Below are positions 20,312-29,694 of a DNA stretch of 64,000 nt, piece by piece. The notes beneath the pieces are model-generated. The model was not told the origin of the DNA and did no database searches. It was given only the letters and a program-made list of their open reading frames with translations. A program made the position numbers and the translations under genes. This DNA comes from an uncultured delta proteobacterium (lineage in GTDB: Bacteria > Desulfobacterota > Syntrophia > Syntrophales > UBA5619): positions 320,001 to 384,000 of the forward strand of contig CAWFOM010000005.1 in assembly GCA_963817385.1 (NCBI GenBank), written 5' to 3'. The first letter of the stretch is position 1, and each line of letters starts with the position of its first letter.

Positions 20312-21541
20312 TTACGTGCGTCCTGTGTGGAGGACGCCTGCCTGTTCGAGGGCGGTGATTTCGTCCTCGGGCAGACCGATCCAGGAAACGATATCGCGGT
20401 TGTGCGCGCCGATCTTTGGGGCGGGCCTGTAGAATTCTTGAGGTGTGCCGCTCAACGTATTGACGAAGCCGAACATGGGGATGTAGCCCATCTCGTCGTC
20501 GGGTAGGTCGACGATGGCTTCCATTTCCTGAAAGTGTGGATCCTCGATGATCTGCGATATGTCGTAGATCGGAGCAACGGTGACCTCGCGCGCCTCGAAG
20601 TACGCGACGGCTTCCTTCTGGTTCATGGTCAGGATAAAGTCGGAGATCCAGCCCATGATCTCCGCCCGATGGGCAATCCGTCCTTTGATCGTATTGTATT
20701 CAGGATTTGAGTTGTATTCACCTTTACCGACAGCCTCGATCACGCGCCGCGGCATCGGTTCCATGGAGGCCGACATGGACACCCACTGATTGTCCTTCGT
20801 TTTAAAAAGACCTCGCGGCACGGTGAAGAAGGCGCTGTTGCTGTCGCGCTTCCGAATCTCGCCGTTGAGGCGATAGTTCGCCGACTGCGGCCCCTGGGTG
20901 ATGAAGAGCGGATTGAACAGCGGCTGGTCGATAACCTGGCCTCGCCCGCCATTGATTGCGACATTCCAGAGCGCCGCCAAAGTGGACATGGCGCCGGCGT
21001 AGCCGGCAACGGTATCGGCGATGGGTCCGGGCGGCAAGACGGGCTCGCGTTCGGGGAATCCGTTGGCGGCAGCCAGGCCGCATATACCTTCAATCAGGGT
21101 CCCGAAGCCCGGACGGTTGCGGTAGGGTCCGATCTGGCCCCACCCGGAAATGCGCACGATCACCAGTTTGGGGTTTATCTCGAGCAGCACATCGGGTGCG
21201 AGCCCCATTTTCTCCAATGTGCCCGGACGGAAATTCTCGACCAAGACGGACGCCTCTTTGACGAGACGCTTGAACAGCTCCGTGCCTTGGGTTTGACGCA
21301 GATCAAGGCCGACGCTCTTCTTGTTGCGGCCGAGCATCTTCCAATGGGTGGAGATGCCCTCGCGCCGCCATTCGCGCAGGCTGTCGCCGGCTGGCGTCTC
21401 CACCTTAACGACCTCCGCACCGAGATCCGCCAGCACCATCGTCAACGTATTGCCCGACACAAGGCGGCTGAGATCCAAGACACGGATCCCCTCCAAAGCT
21501 CCATGCGCGGTCGGATTGAATTCCCTTCGATGAATCGTCAT
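20312..21541 (-). CDS. Family III CoA-transferase (CaiB/BaiF)
   Basis: LEGIRVLDLS, LADLGAEVVKVE, RNKKS, ENFRPG, PIAD catalytic Asp. Confidence 0.95.
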   Translation of the reverse strand: MTIHRREFNPTAHGALEGIRVLDLSRLVSGNTLTMVLADLGAEVVKVETPAGDSLREWRREGISTHWKMLGRNKKSVGLDLRQTQGTELFKRLVKEASVLVENFRPGTLEKMGLAPDVLLEINPKLVIVRISGWGQIGPYRNRPGFGTLIEGICGLAAANGFPEREPVLPPGPIADTVAGYAGAMSTLAALWNVAINGGRGQVIDQPLFNPLFITQGPQSANYRLNGEIRKRDSNSAFFTVPRGLFKTKDNQWVSMSASMEPMPRRVIEAVGKGEYNSNPEYNTIKGRIAHRAEIMGWISDFILTMNQKEAVAYFEAREVTVAPIYDISQIIEDPHFQEMEAIVDLPDDEMGYIPMFGFVNTLSGTPQEFYRPAPKIGAHNRDIVSWIGLPEDEITALEQAGVLHTGRT

Positions 21542-21697
21542 TACAGAAACTCCTTTCTATTGTGTTGGATAGCGCGAGCCATTGCGTACGGAAGCAAATA
21601 ACGATGAATCCGGAACGATCACCGTCATGGCTGAAAAAAAACGGGTTACGATAATATGATACTCCGTATCCATTCCATCGGAGGAATCAAACCGGAC

Positions 21698-22372
21698 TTA
21701 TTCACTCGATTCCATGAGAGCCAATACACGATTCACATGGTCACTGGAATGCTTCTCGATTAACTTCCGCAGTTTGTCTGTTTTCTTCTGTTGGAAAGCG
21801 GCGAAGATTTCTCGATGCTCGCGATTAGACTCCCGTTGACGATCAGGAAGTTTCATGATCAGGGATGTCGTCCAGCGTAACTGCCTTGTCAAGGGTAAAA
21901 ATGCATCAATGAGTTTTTTATTCTTGCAGCAGGAAACCAACGTTTCATGAAAGTTTTGGTTCAAATTTCTCCGTTGGACGATGTCATTTTGTGCTGTCGC
22001 CTGTTCCATCCCGTCTAAGATTTCTTTAACGGCGGCTATTTCCTGTTCACCGGCCAGCAGAGAACCTTTTATGACTCCAAAGGCTTCAATGGCGGTTTTC
22101 AGTTCGTACATATGGGCAAACTCCTCCGGACTGAGTTTCACGATCTCCCTCCGGAGATGGCTCTTGCGAACCAAATTCATTTCCTCAAGACGCAGGAGAG
22201 CCTCGCGAGCCGGAACGCGGCCTACGCCGAACTCTTTCGCGACGCCCGATTCGCTAATCATTGATTGTGGCGGATACTTGCCGGAGAATATCGATTCCTG
22301 CAGGAGTTGCACCAATCTGTCTGCCAAGGTCTCCCTGTGGAAGTTAAGAAGGCTATTACTCATCGCGGACAT
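21698..22372 (-). CDS. GntR-family (FCD) transcriptional regulator
   Basis: wHTH SESGVAKEFGVGRVPAREAL; FCD motifs N..FH, EH..I. Confidence 0.92.
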   Translation of the reverse strand: MSAMSNSLLNFHRETLADRLVQLLQESIFSGKYPPQSMISESGVAKEFGVGRVPAREALLRLEEMNLVRKSHLRREIVKLSPEEFAHMYELKTAIEAFGVIKGSLLAGEQEIAAVKEILDGMEQATAQNDIVQRRNLNQNFHETLVSCCKNKKLIDAFLPLTRQLRWTTSLIMKLPDRQRESNREHREIFAAFQQKKTDKLRKLIEKHSSDHVNRVLALMESSE

Positions 22373-22435
22373 AGGTGACTTTCCTCCCGAGAGAAAAAGG
22401 TCCATCAAATCATTGATCTCTGTGTATCTGTGTAT

Positions 22436-22465
22436 CTGTCTACAGATTTGAAAATAATTTGTCAA
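22436..22465 (-). promoter_or_regulatory. gntR promoter with putative GntR operator
   Basis: TTGACA, then near-palindrome CTGTAGACAG at the -10 position; conserved in the copy at 25274-25303. Confidence 0.55.
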
Positions 22466-22527
22466 CGCAAATTTAAAAAAGATTTAATGGCGAAAAAGCG
22501 CCGCCCGTCAGGAGAGCGTTAAAACGT

Positions 22528-23688
22528 TCACGCCGGTACGGACTCATCCGTTTGCCGGTTCTTGATCGGAGCGCTTTGCTGGAGTCGGCAATCGGGGCGC
22601 TGGAAGCTGGTGATCGGGGATGCCCAGGGCGACGGCGCGCCCTCGTAGGCTTTCGGACCCAGAATGAAGTGTTTGGCCTGCTCGAGCGTTTCGATGTGCG
22701 GCATATCCATGGGGTAGAGATGGTCATAACGAGGTCGCGGTCCGGCCTTGGAAACATGCCCGTAGAGAAGATGCCCGACGATCTCTTCCGCAAGCCAGAC
22801 CACTTCAACGAGCTTGTATAGATCAACGCCGGTGCTAATGCCCATTTCCTCCAGCATGTGCATCAGATCTTCCGTTGCTGCCATCATTGCAGCGCGTCCA
22901 TTCCCGCAATACGGGCAACCGGACATGCCGCCGATGCACGACTGGAGGCGCAGGGTGTCGCCGCCGTCCAGCACACGGAGCGCGGCATAGATCGAGGCAA
23001 GAGCCGTCCCTCGCCCATTGTGGAAATGCAGGTTGAAATCGGTAATGGATGGCCAGCGCTCTTTAATCGCCGCCAGTTGCCGTTCAACCTGGTGTGGCAT
23101 ATTCCAACTCATCGCATCCGAGAAACCGATACGCGTGACCGCAATGCCGGCATCGGCCCACATCTGATACATCCGGTCATACATCCGCATGCGTTGCTCC
23201 TGCGTGAACTCGCCGGTCCAATTGGAACCCCACGGATTACTGATGGACATGCCGCCTTCGGTTATGCCGTTGGCTCGTCCTTTTTCAATCTGCTTGGCCC
23301 ATCCTGCAATTTGCTGGGCCTGCGTACGATTGGTGTTGCGTTGAGCGAAGACATCGCACATATCAAGCTTGGTCGAGTACTCGGCAATCCGCGCAGAAAG
23401 CGGAGGCGTGAATGCGCGTGCGCGCTCAAATCCCTTCTCGTTCAATGCGGTATACGTGTATCGAATACCCGGTTTGGGGTGGAAGCCGCGTACAAGATCA
23501 TCCATGCATGCCATCTGGGGCGTCCATTTGGGACTAACAAAAGAGCCGACGGCGATTTCTTTGAGGCCGGTCTCCGAGAGCGCGTCGATGAGACGGATTT
23601 TATCTTCGACGGAAATGTTCTGATTTTCGATCTGCAACCCGTCGCGCATACCTTCTTCCGTGTGAAGTATTTTCGGATAACCAGCCAT
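22528..23688 (-). CDS. HMG-CoA lyase-like DRE-TIM metallolyase
   Basis: EEGMRDGLQ, SFVSPKWTPQMA, HFH, GGMSGCPY; GGAGG SD. Confidence 0.88.
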   Translation of the reverse strand: MAGYPKILHTEEGMRDGLQIENQNISVEDKIRLIDALSETGLKEIAVGSFVSPKWTPQMACMDDLVRGFHPKPGIRYTYTALNEKGFERARAFTPPLSARIAEYSTKLDMCDVFAQRNTNRTQAQQIAGWAKQIEKGRANGITEGGMSISNPWGSNWTGEFTQEQRMRMYDRMYQMWADAGIAVTRIGFSDAMSWNMPHQVERQLAAIKERWPSITDFNLHFHNGRGTALASIYAALRVLDGGDTLRLQSCIGGMSGCPYCGNGRAAMMAATEDLMHMLEEMGISTGVDLYKLVEVVWLAEEIVGHLLYGHVSKAGPRPRYDHLYPMDMPHIETLEQAKHFILGPKAYEGAPSPWASPITSFQRPDCRLQQSAPIKNRQTDESVPA

Positions 23689-23803
23689 AAACACACCTCC
23701 CTCGTGATATAAGATTCTTCTGAGCACCGGCGTTCACCAGCACCCCGAAGATGACGCGCCCGCATGATCGCGTCCCCGCCCCGTCAGCCCTACAACGTAT
23801 TCG

Positions 23804-24784
23804 CTACAGCCGGGCGAATTTCTGGAACATGTGGGACCCGACCGGCACGTGTCCCCTGCTGGCGCCGAACGTGTGGGTGACCTCCGACACATAAATGTCG
23901 CCGCGGGAGTCGGCGCAGATCCCGTGCGGCGCGATGAAGTTTCCCGGGGCGGTACGCTCACCCTCGTGTCCGAAGCGCGCCAGCACCTTGCCGCTCATAT
24001 CCATTACGGTGACCCGGCCGGGCTCATCCTTCTCGATCTTACCGCGCCGCAAGGAGCGCGACCCCGGGATCCACCACAGCTCCGAAACGTAGATCAGACC
24101 GTCACGAATGCACAGACCTGTGGGCCGCTGTACGTGGGTCCACTGCTCCGTAAACTCGCCCGTGGGGCTGAAGATCTGGATTCGATCGTTCTCCCGGTCA
24201 GCCACGAAAACGCGCTCGTCGGGAGCCACCCAGATGTCGTGGGGCAGGTTGAACTGGCCGGGCCCGGTGCCGGGCTCTCCCCAGGATTGAATAAGCTGGC
24301 CGCCGGCGCTGAAGCGATGGACGCGGGCGTTGCCGTAGCCGTCCGAAACATACAGGTCGCCGTTAGGGGCGCAGGCGACACCGGTAGGACGGTTGAATGG
24401 GGGGCCGCCATGGGTGATACTGCTGATCCCCTTCTCCTTGACATAACCGGTGTCGGTCGCCGCGCCGGGCGTTCCCAGCATCATCAACTGCTTTCCGTCG
24501 GGGGTGAACTTGCGGACGGTGTGATTGCCATCGTCCACGGTGTACACCGCTCCATCCGGGCCAAACCTGATGCAGTGGGTGCGCGGGGTGAAGACCCCCT
24601 CGCCCCATGCGGCTACGAAGGTCCCATCCTGCTCATACACGATCACCCGGGCATCGCTGCGCGTGATCAGGTAGACGCGGTCGTTGGCGTCCACTCCTGC
24701 CCCGACGCAGTCCAGGTGTTTGAGGCCAGCGGGAAGTTTCTCCCAGCCCTCTACCAACTTATAGCGAAGATTTCCCATACCCAT
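23804..24784 (-). CDS. NHL-repeat protein, peptidyl-alpha-hydroxyglycine lyase (PAL)-like
   Basis: YVSDGYGNARV, PGQFNLPH, VADRENDRIQ, APHGI; no signal peptide. Confidence 0.88.
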   Translation of the reverse strand: MGMGNLRYKLVEGWEKLPAGLKHLDCVGAGVDANDRVYLITRSDARVIVYEQDGTFVAAWGEGVFTPRTHCIRFGPDGAVYTVDDGNHTVRKFTPDGKQLMMLGTPGAATDTGYVKEKGISSITHGGPPFNRPTGVACAPNGDLYVSDGYGNARVHRFSAGGQLIQSWGEPGTGPGQFNLPHDIWVAPDERVFVADRENDRIQIFSPTGEFTEQWTHVQRPTGLCIRDGLIYVSELWWIPGSRSLRRGKIEKDEPGRVTVMDMSGKVLARFGHEGERTAPGNFIAPHGICADSRGDIYVSEVTHTFGASRGHVPVGSHMFQKFARL

Positions 24785-25039
24785 TATTTCTCCTTACCTC
24801 CTACGATAATGAATATCTCACCAACACATCTACCCGACCTTCAAGAGAAGGTGGCCTGCCGCTGATCCGGGGTTCTCAGGATACTCACTGTGCCCCTCCG
24901 CCGAAAACGGTGCGGGCGCGGGGAAAGTCTTCTGTCCGGGACTGCCGGGGCTCCGTTCTTTGATATCCCTTCGCCGGATTCGACTGAAATAGTAGGGCAT
25001 ATGGCAGCGCCCAACGAACTTGCCTTGCCAAAGACAAAT

Positions 25040-25219
25040 AAGGAGAGTCTCGCGATCCGGAACACGGCCTACGCCGAACTCTTTTGCAACGCTCGCTTCG
25101 CTGATCATTGATTTGGGGGGGTACTTACCGGAGAATATCGATTCCAGCAGGAGTTGCACCAATCCGTCCACCAAAGTTTCTCGATGAAAGTCAAGAAGAT
25201 CATTTCTCGCCACGGACAT
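25040..25219 (-). pseudogene. Truncated duplicate of gntR (first 60 codons)
   Basis: 47/60 aa identical to the GntR at 22372, then homology ends abruptly. Confidence 0.85.
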
Positions 25220-25273
25220 GAGTGACGTTCTCCCGAGTGAAAAAGTTCCATAAAATCATAAATCTCGGTATAT

Positions 25274-25303
25274 CTGTATACAGGTTTGAAAATACGTTGT
25301 CAA
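25274..25303 (-). promoter_or_regulatory. Duplicated gntR promoter with palindromic operator
   Basis: TTGACA-N17-TATACA with the perfect palindrome CTGTATACAG over the -10. Confidence 0.6.
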
Positions 25304-25465
25304 TGCAAATTTTCACGAATTTGCACCGCGAACCCCCTGTTCCGTCTGCAACCCGGTATTTGAGCAGCGTCCAAAGGGCCGCGACGCCGGAGGCGGACAT
25401 CAAAGCTGATGAATCCATGGCCGATCATCTGTCTGTACGCGGCAAACGACAGGGCGGTCTGTTCT

Positions 25466-27148
25466 TCATTCCGGCATTTCCTGTGCGGAACTTTCTGCCG
25501 GCGGTGGATAGGCATGGCAGGTGGGTGTTGTCCGGATCAGGGTTTCCAGCCGTTCCATCAGGGGGGGGAGCGTGGCCGGATTGAGGGCGGAAATGGCGAC
25601 GGCGTCGAAACGCCGGCAGAGGGTTTCGAGAAGCGTCCGGTCCGTGAGGCGGTCCGTCTTGTTGAAGACCCGAAGGGTCGGTTTCCTGATTAACTCCAGA
25701 TCCTGAAGGATCTTCTCGACCGCTGTGATCTGTGCCTCGAAGGCGGGGTTTCCTGCGTCGATCACGTGGAGGAGAATGTCCGCCTCCTGGAGTTCGTCAA
25801 GGGTCGCCCTGAAGGCGGCGACGAGCTCCTTCGGCAGCTCCCGGATGAAGCCGACCGTATCAGTGATGATCGCTTCCGTATCTCGCGGGAAGCGGAGGCG
25901 CGAGCTCTTGGGATCCAGGGTCGCGAAGAGGCGGTCCTCGGTGAAGACGTCGCTTTTCGTCAGGGCGTTTAAAAGCGTCGATTTGCCGGCATTGGTATAG
26001 CCGACGATCGAGATGACGGGAAGACCCGCCCGGTCACGACGGCCGCGCCGCTGTCCCCGTGCCTTTTCGATGTTCTTCAGATCCTTTTCCAGGTGGTGGA
26101 TCCGCTCGCGCGTCCGCCGCCGGTCAACCTCCAGTTTGGTCTCGCCCGGACCGGTGCCGCCGATCCCTCCCGCCAACCGGGAAAGGCCCGCATCCTGCCG
26201 CGTGAGCCGGGGGAGGCGGTACTTGAGCTGAGCCAGCTCCACCTGGATCTTGCCCTCGCGACTATGGGCGCGCCGGGCGAAGATATCGAGGATCACCTGG
26301 GTGCGGTCGATGACCTTCATCTCGGTAAAATCGGCTATGGAACGGATCTGGGCGGCGGTCAGTTCGTGATCGAAAATGAGCAGGTTCGCGTCCATCTGCA
26401 TTGCGCGGATTACGAGATCCGAAAGTTTTCCTTTGCCGATGAGGAAGCGCGGGTCCACCTCCGGACGGTGCTGAATCACGGCATCGAAGACCTCGACGCC
26501 GGAAGTACGGCAGAGCTCCCGAAGCTCCGCGAGGGAGGCCTCGCCGTCGAAAAAGGGGTTCGTCTCCACGCGGACGAGGATGGCGCGGTCGACGGCCTCA
26601 ACCTTGCGTGTCCTCTGCCGTTTGGTAAATTCCCCTTCGAGGGCGGTAATGAATGAGGTGAACTCGAGATCCAGCTCTGCGGGGCGCCGAGGGTCGAGGG
26701 TCAGCCAGAAGCGCCCCTCCGGATTTTCGGGGATGAGGTGGGCGGTGTGGGCATAACCGGGGAGGCCGTCGTCGCCGGTCTCCAGGGCGCAGACGAGATC
26801 GAGGCGCAACAGCGCGAGGTCGGTGAGGTCGTCGGTGGTGAGCTCCTCGCCGGCCAGGTGCGTATGGATCAGACGGAGCCCCCTGAATCGATGGGAGGCG
26901 GAACGGAAGCCGTCCAGAGCCGGGATGAGGATGTTATGATGAGAGCCCACGATGACATAGGCGATCTCCCCCCGGCGGGTGATGAGGAGGCCGATCTGGC
27001 GGTTGATCTCCCGGGAGAGCTCGGTGAGTTGGCGGGCCAGTTCATGGGTGACGATTCGTTCCGGCGGCACGCGCCGCCGGTGGAGCTGCCCGATGCGCTT
27101 GATCTGGGCCGGTCCGAGGCCGGTCAGGTTGCCGTGAATCTTTTCGAT
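25466..27148 (-). CDS. hflX: GTPase HflX, long N-terminal form; probable ATC start
   Basis: GPGETKLEVDRR, GYTNAGKS, LFATLD, DTVGFI, NKTD; the HGNLTGL N-terminus lies upstream of the GTG at 27070. Confidence 0.95.
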   Translation of the reverse strand: MEKIHGNLTGLGPAQIKRIGQLHRRRVPPERIVTHELARQLTELSREINRQIGLLITRRGEIAYVIVGSHHNILIPALDGFRSASHRFRGLRLIHTHLAGEELTTDDLTDLALLRLDLVCALETGDDGLPGYAHTAHLIPENPEGRFWLTLDPRRPAELDLEFTSFITALEGEFTKRQRTRKVEAVDRAILVRVETNPFFDGEASLAELRELCRTSGVEVFDAVIQHRPEVDPRFLIGKGKLSDLVIRAMQMDANLLIFDHELTAAQIRSIADFTEMKVIDRTQVILDIFARRAHSREGKIQVELAQLKYRLPRLTRQDAGLSRLAGGIGGTGPGETKLEVDRRRTRERIHHLEKDLKNIEKARGQRRGRRDRAGLPVISIVGYTNAGKSTLLNALTKSDVFTEDRLFATLDPKSSRLRFPRDTEAIITDTVGFIRELPKELVAAFRATLDELQEADILLHVIDAGNPAFEAQITAVEKILQDLELIRKPTLRVFNKTDRLTDRTLLETLCRRFDAVAISALNPATLPPLMERLETLIRTTPTCHAYPPPAESSAQEMPE

Positions 27149-27176
27149 GGCGGATCCTTAACTGACTGAATTTCTG

Positions 27177-27374
27177 CTACTTAAATTTCTGGGGGCTGAC
27201 CCGTTTTTCCATCCCGTCGAGGAAGGTCGACCAGGCATTCGTCCGAAACGGGGAGACCTGCTTCTTGGTTGCCGTCGCGCCGCATGCCGGACATGCCGCC
27301 CCCTCCTCGCCGACCTTCATGAGCCGTTCGAAGAGATGTCCGCAGTCGGTGCATTGGTATTCATAGATCGGCAT
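27177..27374 (-). CDS. FmdB-family zinc-ribbon protein
   Basis: [13 protein letters not shown]...CPACG...VS. Confidence 0.88.
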   Translation of the reverse strand: MPIYEYQCTDCGHLFERLMKVGEEGAACPACGATATKKQVSPFRTNAWSTFLDGMEKRVSPQKFK

Positions 27375-27492
27375 GTCCGTTCCTCTGAATTTTCCCCTCA
27401 GCGGTAAATGACCGAGGGGTGAATTAATACCATGCGATGCGCGGGCGGTCAAGGGCTTGGATCGGGCTCGGGAGAAGAGGAAGTGCGCGGAT

Positions 27493-27522
27493 AAAAAAGC
27501 CCCGGGGATTGCTCCCCGGGGC
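27493..27522 (-). terminator. Intrinsic terminator of the porin gene
   Basis: GCCCCGGGGA-GCAA-TCCCCGGGGC-TTTTTT on the minus strand. Confidence 0.9.
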
Positions 27523-27552
27523 CGGGTTAAGGCTTAACGAAGCAAACCGTCC

Positions 27553-28950
27553 TTAGAAGCTCAGGGCCAGTCTGTTCATCAGCATATAGTCGTTGCCGAC
27601 TGAGTTGCTGTCACTGGGTCCTTTGAAGGCGTCGCCGGCCCAGAGATAGCCGGCGCCTATCATGTAGGTGAGGTTGTCATAAAGCTTGTAGGACGCCGTC
27701 AGGTCGAGTTCATACCCCATCTTCTTGGAGACGTACTCGGCCCCGGTCTTGGAATTGCCGACCCTGGGCTTCTTGTCGAATTCTGCATACGTGAAACCCA
27801 GCTCGACGTTGATCTTCGGCGTCGGGTTGAAACCGCCGAAAGCGTTGTACATGATGAACCCGGCGGGGGCGTTCTTCCAGGAACTGAAGTTGCCGGCGTC
27901 ATAGGCGTTGCCGCCCGGGAAAATATCAGTCAGATAGTCATCGGCCAGCAGTATCAGCGTGGGGTTCCAGTTTTTGGCATTAAACACATTCTTGCTCTTG
28001 GTGGTATCCTGGAAATCGTCGCCTGAGCTGTAGCCGACCGCTGCGCCGAAATAGGCCGGTCCGACGTTCGCTTGCGCCTTGAGGTATCCGCCCCAGGCCG
28101 ACAAATCTACATTCTGCGCCGTCGCCGTTTCAGTCTCATAGTCTCTCACCCTGCCGAAGCCGTAGCCAAATTCGGACTCGATATACACGGGGCCGAATGT
28201 CGCCTTCACGTAAGGAAGAATCGTGTGAAGTCTCGATCTGAAGGGGTCGGCGGCCAGCAGCCTGGTCGTGTTGCCGACGTAGTAATTGTAGAGCAGACCC
28301 GCTTCCACTTTTCCCTGCTTGTAAATCCCGGCCAGCCGGTAGTAGTCGTTGTCCGCGTCGGTCTTATTCGATCTGGCGTCCAGATTGCCCATGTCGGATT
28401 CAACGCGTTTGTCCCAAATTGCAAGCAGGATCACCGGGCCAAACTGGGTCGTGAACTTGAGCCGCGGCCCGGTCTGCTCGTAGTCACCCCAACCGGTGCC
28501 CCACCGGGCGACCTGCTGGTAGCCGATATCGAACTGGCCGATTGCGGTCTTGAAGGTCACAAAGCTTCGTTCTAACTCGAAGTTCTCCTGGATCTTCGCT
28601 CTGTTGTTTGTCGTGGTCCCCGGCATCCTGCGGGAGTTGGAATAGTCGTCCGTTCCGCCTCTCCACTGGATATTGCCCCACTGTTTCTCCAACATGTCCG
28701 CCCGGAGCGTCAGGCTGAGCCCCTCGGCGACCTTGAAGACAGGCTGAATCCTTGTTCGCGTCCAGACCGCGGCGGCGGAGTTTTGCCCACCGAAGAAGCC
28801 GCGGTTGTCGTCGCCCGACTGATTGATGTTGCTTTCATACGCGCCTTCAATCTGGTAACTTCCGCTGACCGACACATCAACAGCCGATGCGGTCGCGCCG
28901 AAGCCCACGATCAGCCCCAACGACAGTAAAACGACCAAAAATTTCTTCAT
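27553..28950 (-). CDS. Outer-membrane beta-barrel porin-like protein
   Basis: Signal peptide (ASA), amphipathic beta strands, GYELDL, C-terminal Phe; AGGAGG SD. Confidence 0.82.
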   Translation of the reverse strand: MKKFLVVLLSLGLIVGFGATASAVDVSVSGSYQIEGAYESNINQSGDDNRGFFGGQNSAAAVWTRTRIQPVFKVAEGLSLTLRADMLEKQWGNIQWRGGTDDYSNSRRMPGTTTNNRAKIQENFELERSFVTFKTAIGQFDIGYQQVARWGTGWGDYEQTGPRLKFTTQFGPVILLAIWDKRVESDMGNLDARSNKTDADNDYYRLAGIYKQGKVEAGLLYNYYVGNTTRLLAADPFRSRLHTILPYVKATFGPVYIESEFGYGFGRVRDYETETATAQNVDLSAWGGYLKAQANVGPAYFGAAVGYSSGDDFQDTTKSKNVFNAKNWNPTLILLADDYLTDIFPGGNAYDAGNFSSWKNAPAGFIMYNAFGGFNPTPKINVELGFTYAEFDKKPRVGNSKTGAEYVSKKMGYELDLTASYKLYDNLTYMIGAGYLWAGDAFKGPSDSNSVGNDYMLMNRLALSF

Positions 28951-29146
28951 TTTTTCCTCCTGTTTTGCTGGTTCGATCCCCACGGGCATGGGGACCATCG
29001 TAAAAAACCGACGCTTTCGCGTCTCCGCGCGCGACCCGTTTTCCGCCGGTCCGCTGCCGGCAGGGGAACCGTTCCTGCATTCCCTTAGGCCGCCATCCAA
29101 TCAACATCTGTTCGGGAAATCACCTCCTTTCACAGATATTGCGGAG

Positions 29147-29175
29147 AACCTACCATCGCCCGTGGACGATGTCAA
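29147..29175 (-). promoter_or_regulatory. Sigma70 promoter of the porin gene
   Basis: TTGACA-N17-TAGGTT with extended TG. Confidence 0.6.
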
Positions 29176-29642
29176 GCCCCAATTTTTCCGCGCCGCATAA
29201 TCAGTTTTGCTGCCTGCGGGAAAGATGACAGCAGCAACTTCTGCAATAGCCGTACCAGGGGCGGACTCTTCGGGATCATCTCCCGGGAATCCGGTATCGG
29301 ATAGTGGGATAGTGAGATGAAAATCTAATATAAACAAAATTATACATTATTCTACCCCTGCCAGCCCATCACATGTGTCTATCCCTTGCCGGCGCCATCC
29401 TTCTACAGACGAGAGGAGAACTGGGGTGAAATTGGCCAGCAGTGGCAGCTCTTGATGTGTTGAAAATACCACACAAAGAACGCATCCGGGCGGAGAGACC
29501 CTGATCCGGTCCTGCCGCGTTCCCCGGCTCTCTTATTTTTTTGCACTGATCCGCATGGAGGAGGGATACCATGGGGGTTGGGGCAGGGCAGTTTGCCTAT
29601 TCAATGTGGTAATGTGGTGCGGTGCCGGCCCGAAAAAATTTC

Positions 29643-29694
29643 TTGACATCCAGTGACGATTGAGATAGATCGGACCAGAATGACTTCTGGTCAT
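29643..29694 (+). promoter_or_regulatory. Putative acs promoter and operator
   Basis: TTGACA-N17-TAGATC followed by GACCAGAA-TGAC-TTCTGGTC and the overlapping ATGAC-N5-GTCAT. Confidence 0.45.

Noticed and set aside
10190..25460. att sites, integrase or flanking direct repeats for the island
   Set aside because: No tRNA, integrase or clear repeat; the similarity between about 10225 and 25375 is too weak to support by eye
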